A stretch of 60,146 nucleotides of DNA, counting the filler, from Platydemus manokwari (lineage: Eukaryota): the NCBI GenBank assembly GCA_037951405.1. It is 5 parts of 5 records of this genome, joined end to end, with 100 filler letters (N's around TTAATTAATTAA, not from the genome) between each part and the next. Parts side by side here need not be neighbours in the genome. Positions count along the whole stretch, not along the records: positions 49,350 to 60,146 come from JBBMOY011105109.1; 4 more parts are not named here. One strand, 5' to 3'. Within the stretch, counting starts at the first letter, position 1, and each line of letters opens with the position of its first letter. The notes under the pieces were generated by a model. That model was not told the DNA's origin, made no database searches, and was given only the letters and a program-made list of their open reading frames with translations. The translations under genes were made by a program, and so were the position numbers. Shown here one piece after another: positions 59,817-60,146 of this stretch.

Positions 59817-60146
59817 TGTAAATTAAAATTAGTCAAGTTCTAATTTAACACAATAAAAGACTTAGGTAGAATTGCTGATAAATATTAAAATAAAATATTT
59901 AGCTTGATGTTGATATTATTATACTTGGCAATAATATTTGTTTTAAATAACTGATAATTAAAAAATTACAAAATCAATAACTGGTCAAAAATAACATATA
60001 TTTCAATACATATATTTCAATTAATTTATTAATAAATTATGTATAAGCACATTAAAAATATACAAGAATATACTAATTAATAATATTTATTCAAAGGGGT
60101 ATATTTTCAATTTCAATAATAGTGGATCTAAGATAAAGATTAAAGT

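Overview
AT-rich eukaryotic (animal) genomic DNA, not prokaryotic. The window is five contigs (1-10539, 10640-19992, 20093-29926, 30027-49249, 49350-60146) joined by four identical 100-nt spacers (44 N + TTAATTAATTAA + 44 N), so adjacency across spacers is not evidence of linkage. Many GT-AG introns are short (~44-56 nt). Those introns, the (ATT)n tracts and the TE repertoire (cecropia-type mariner, NeSL/R5-like retroelements) fit a triclad planarian or similar invertebrate; this is inference only. Host genes reconstructed by hand-splicing: a signal-peptide JmjC/cupin protein (5' exons only), an orphan single-pass membrane ORF, the 3' half of Arp5/ACTR5, a complete 4-exon delta-tubulin, seven N-terminal exons of a divergent TRPM channel (mostly absent from the ORF track), intronless CRNKL1/crooked neck, NAA50, a Tctex1-domain dynein light chain, and an unidentified Ser/Asn-rich multi-exon gene. 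Decayed mobile DNA includes two Polinton/Maverick-type pPolB relics, a mariner, a hAT/Buster terminus, a Gypsy gag-pol relic, an RTE-like 3' end and two RLE-type non-LTR retrotransposons. The most interesting signals are (i) a NeSL-clade element with zinc fingers, a Ulp1-like protease and a GC-rich GNRA-capped leader hairpin, (ii) RFX X-box motifs just upstream of both cilia genes, (iii) tightly packed Tctex-NAA50 genes with apparent UTR introns, and (iv) a steep GC gradient inside intronless CRNKL1. I did not find a clearly novel intact system; these are leads to test.
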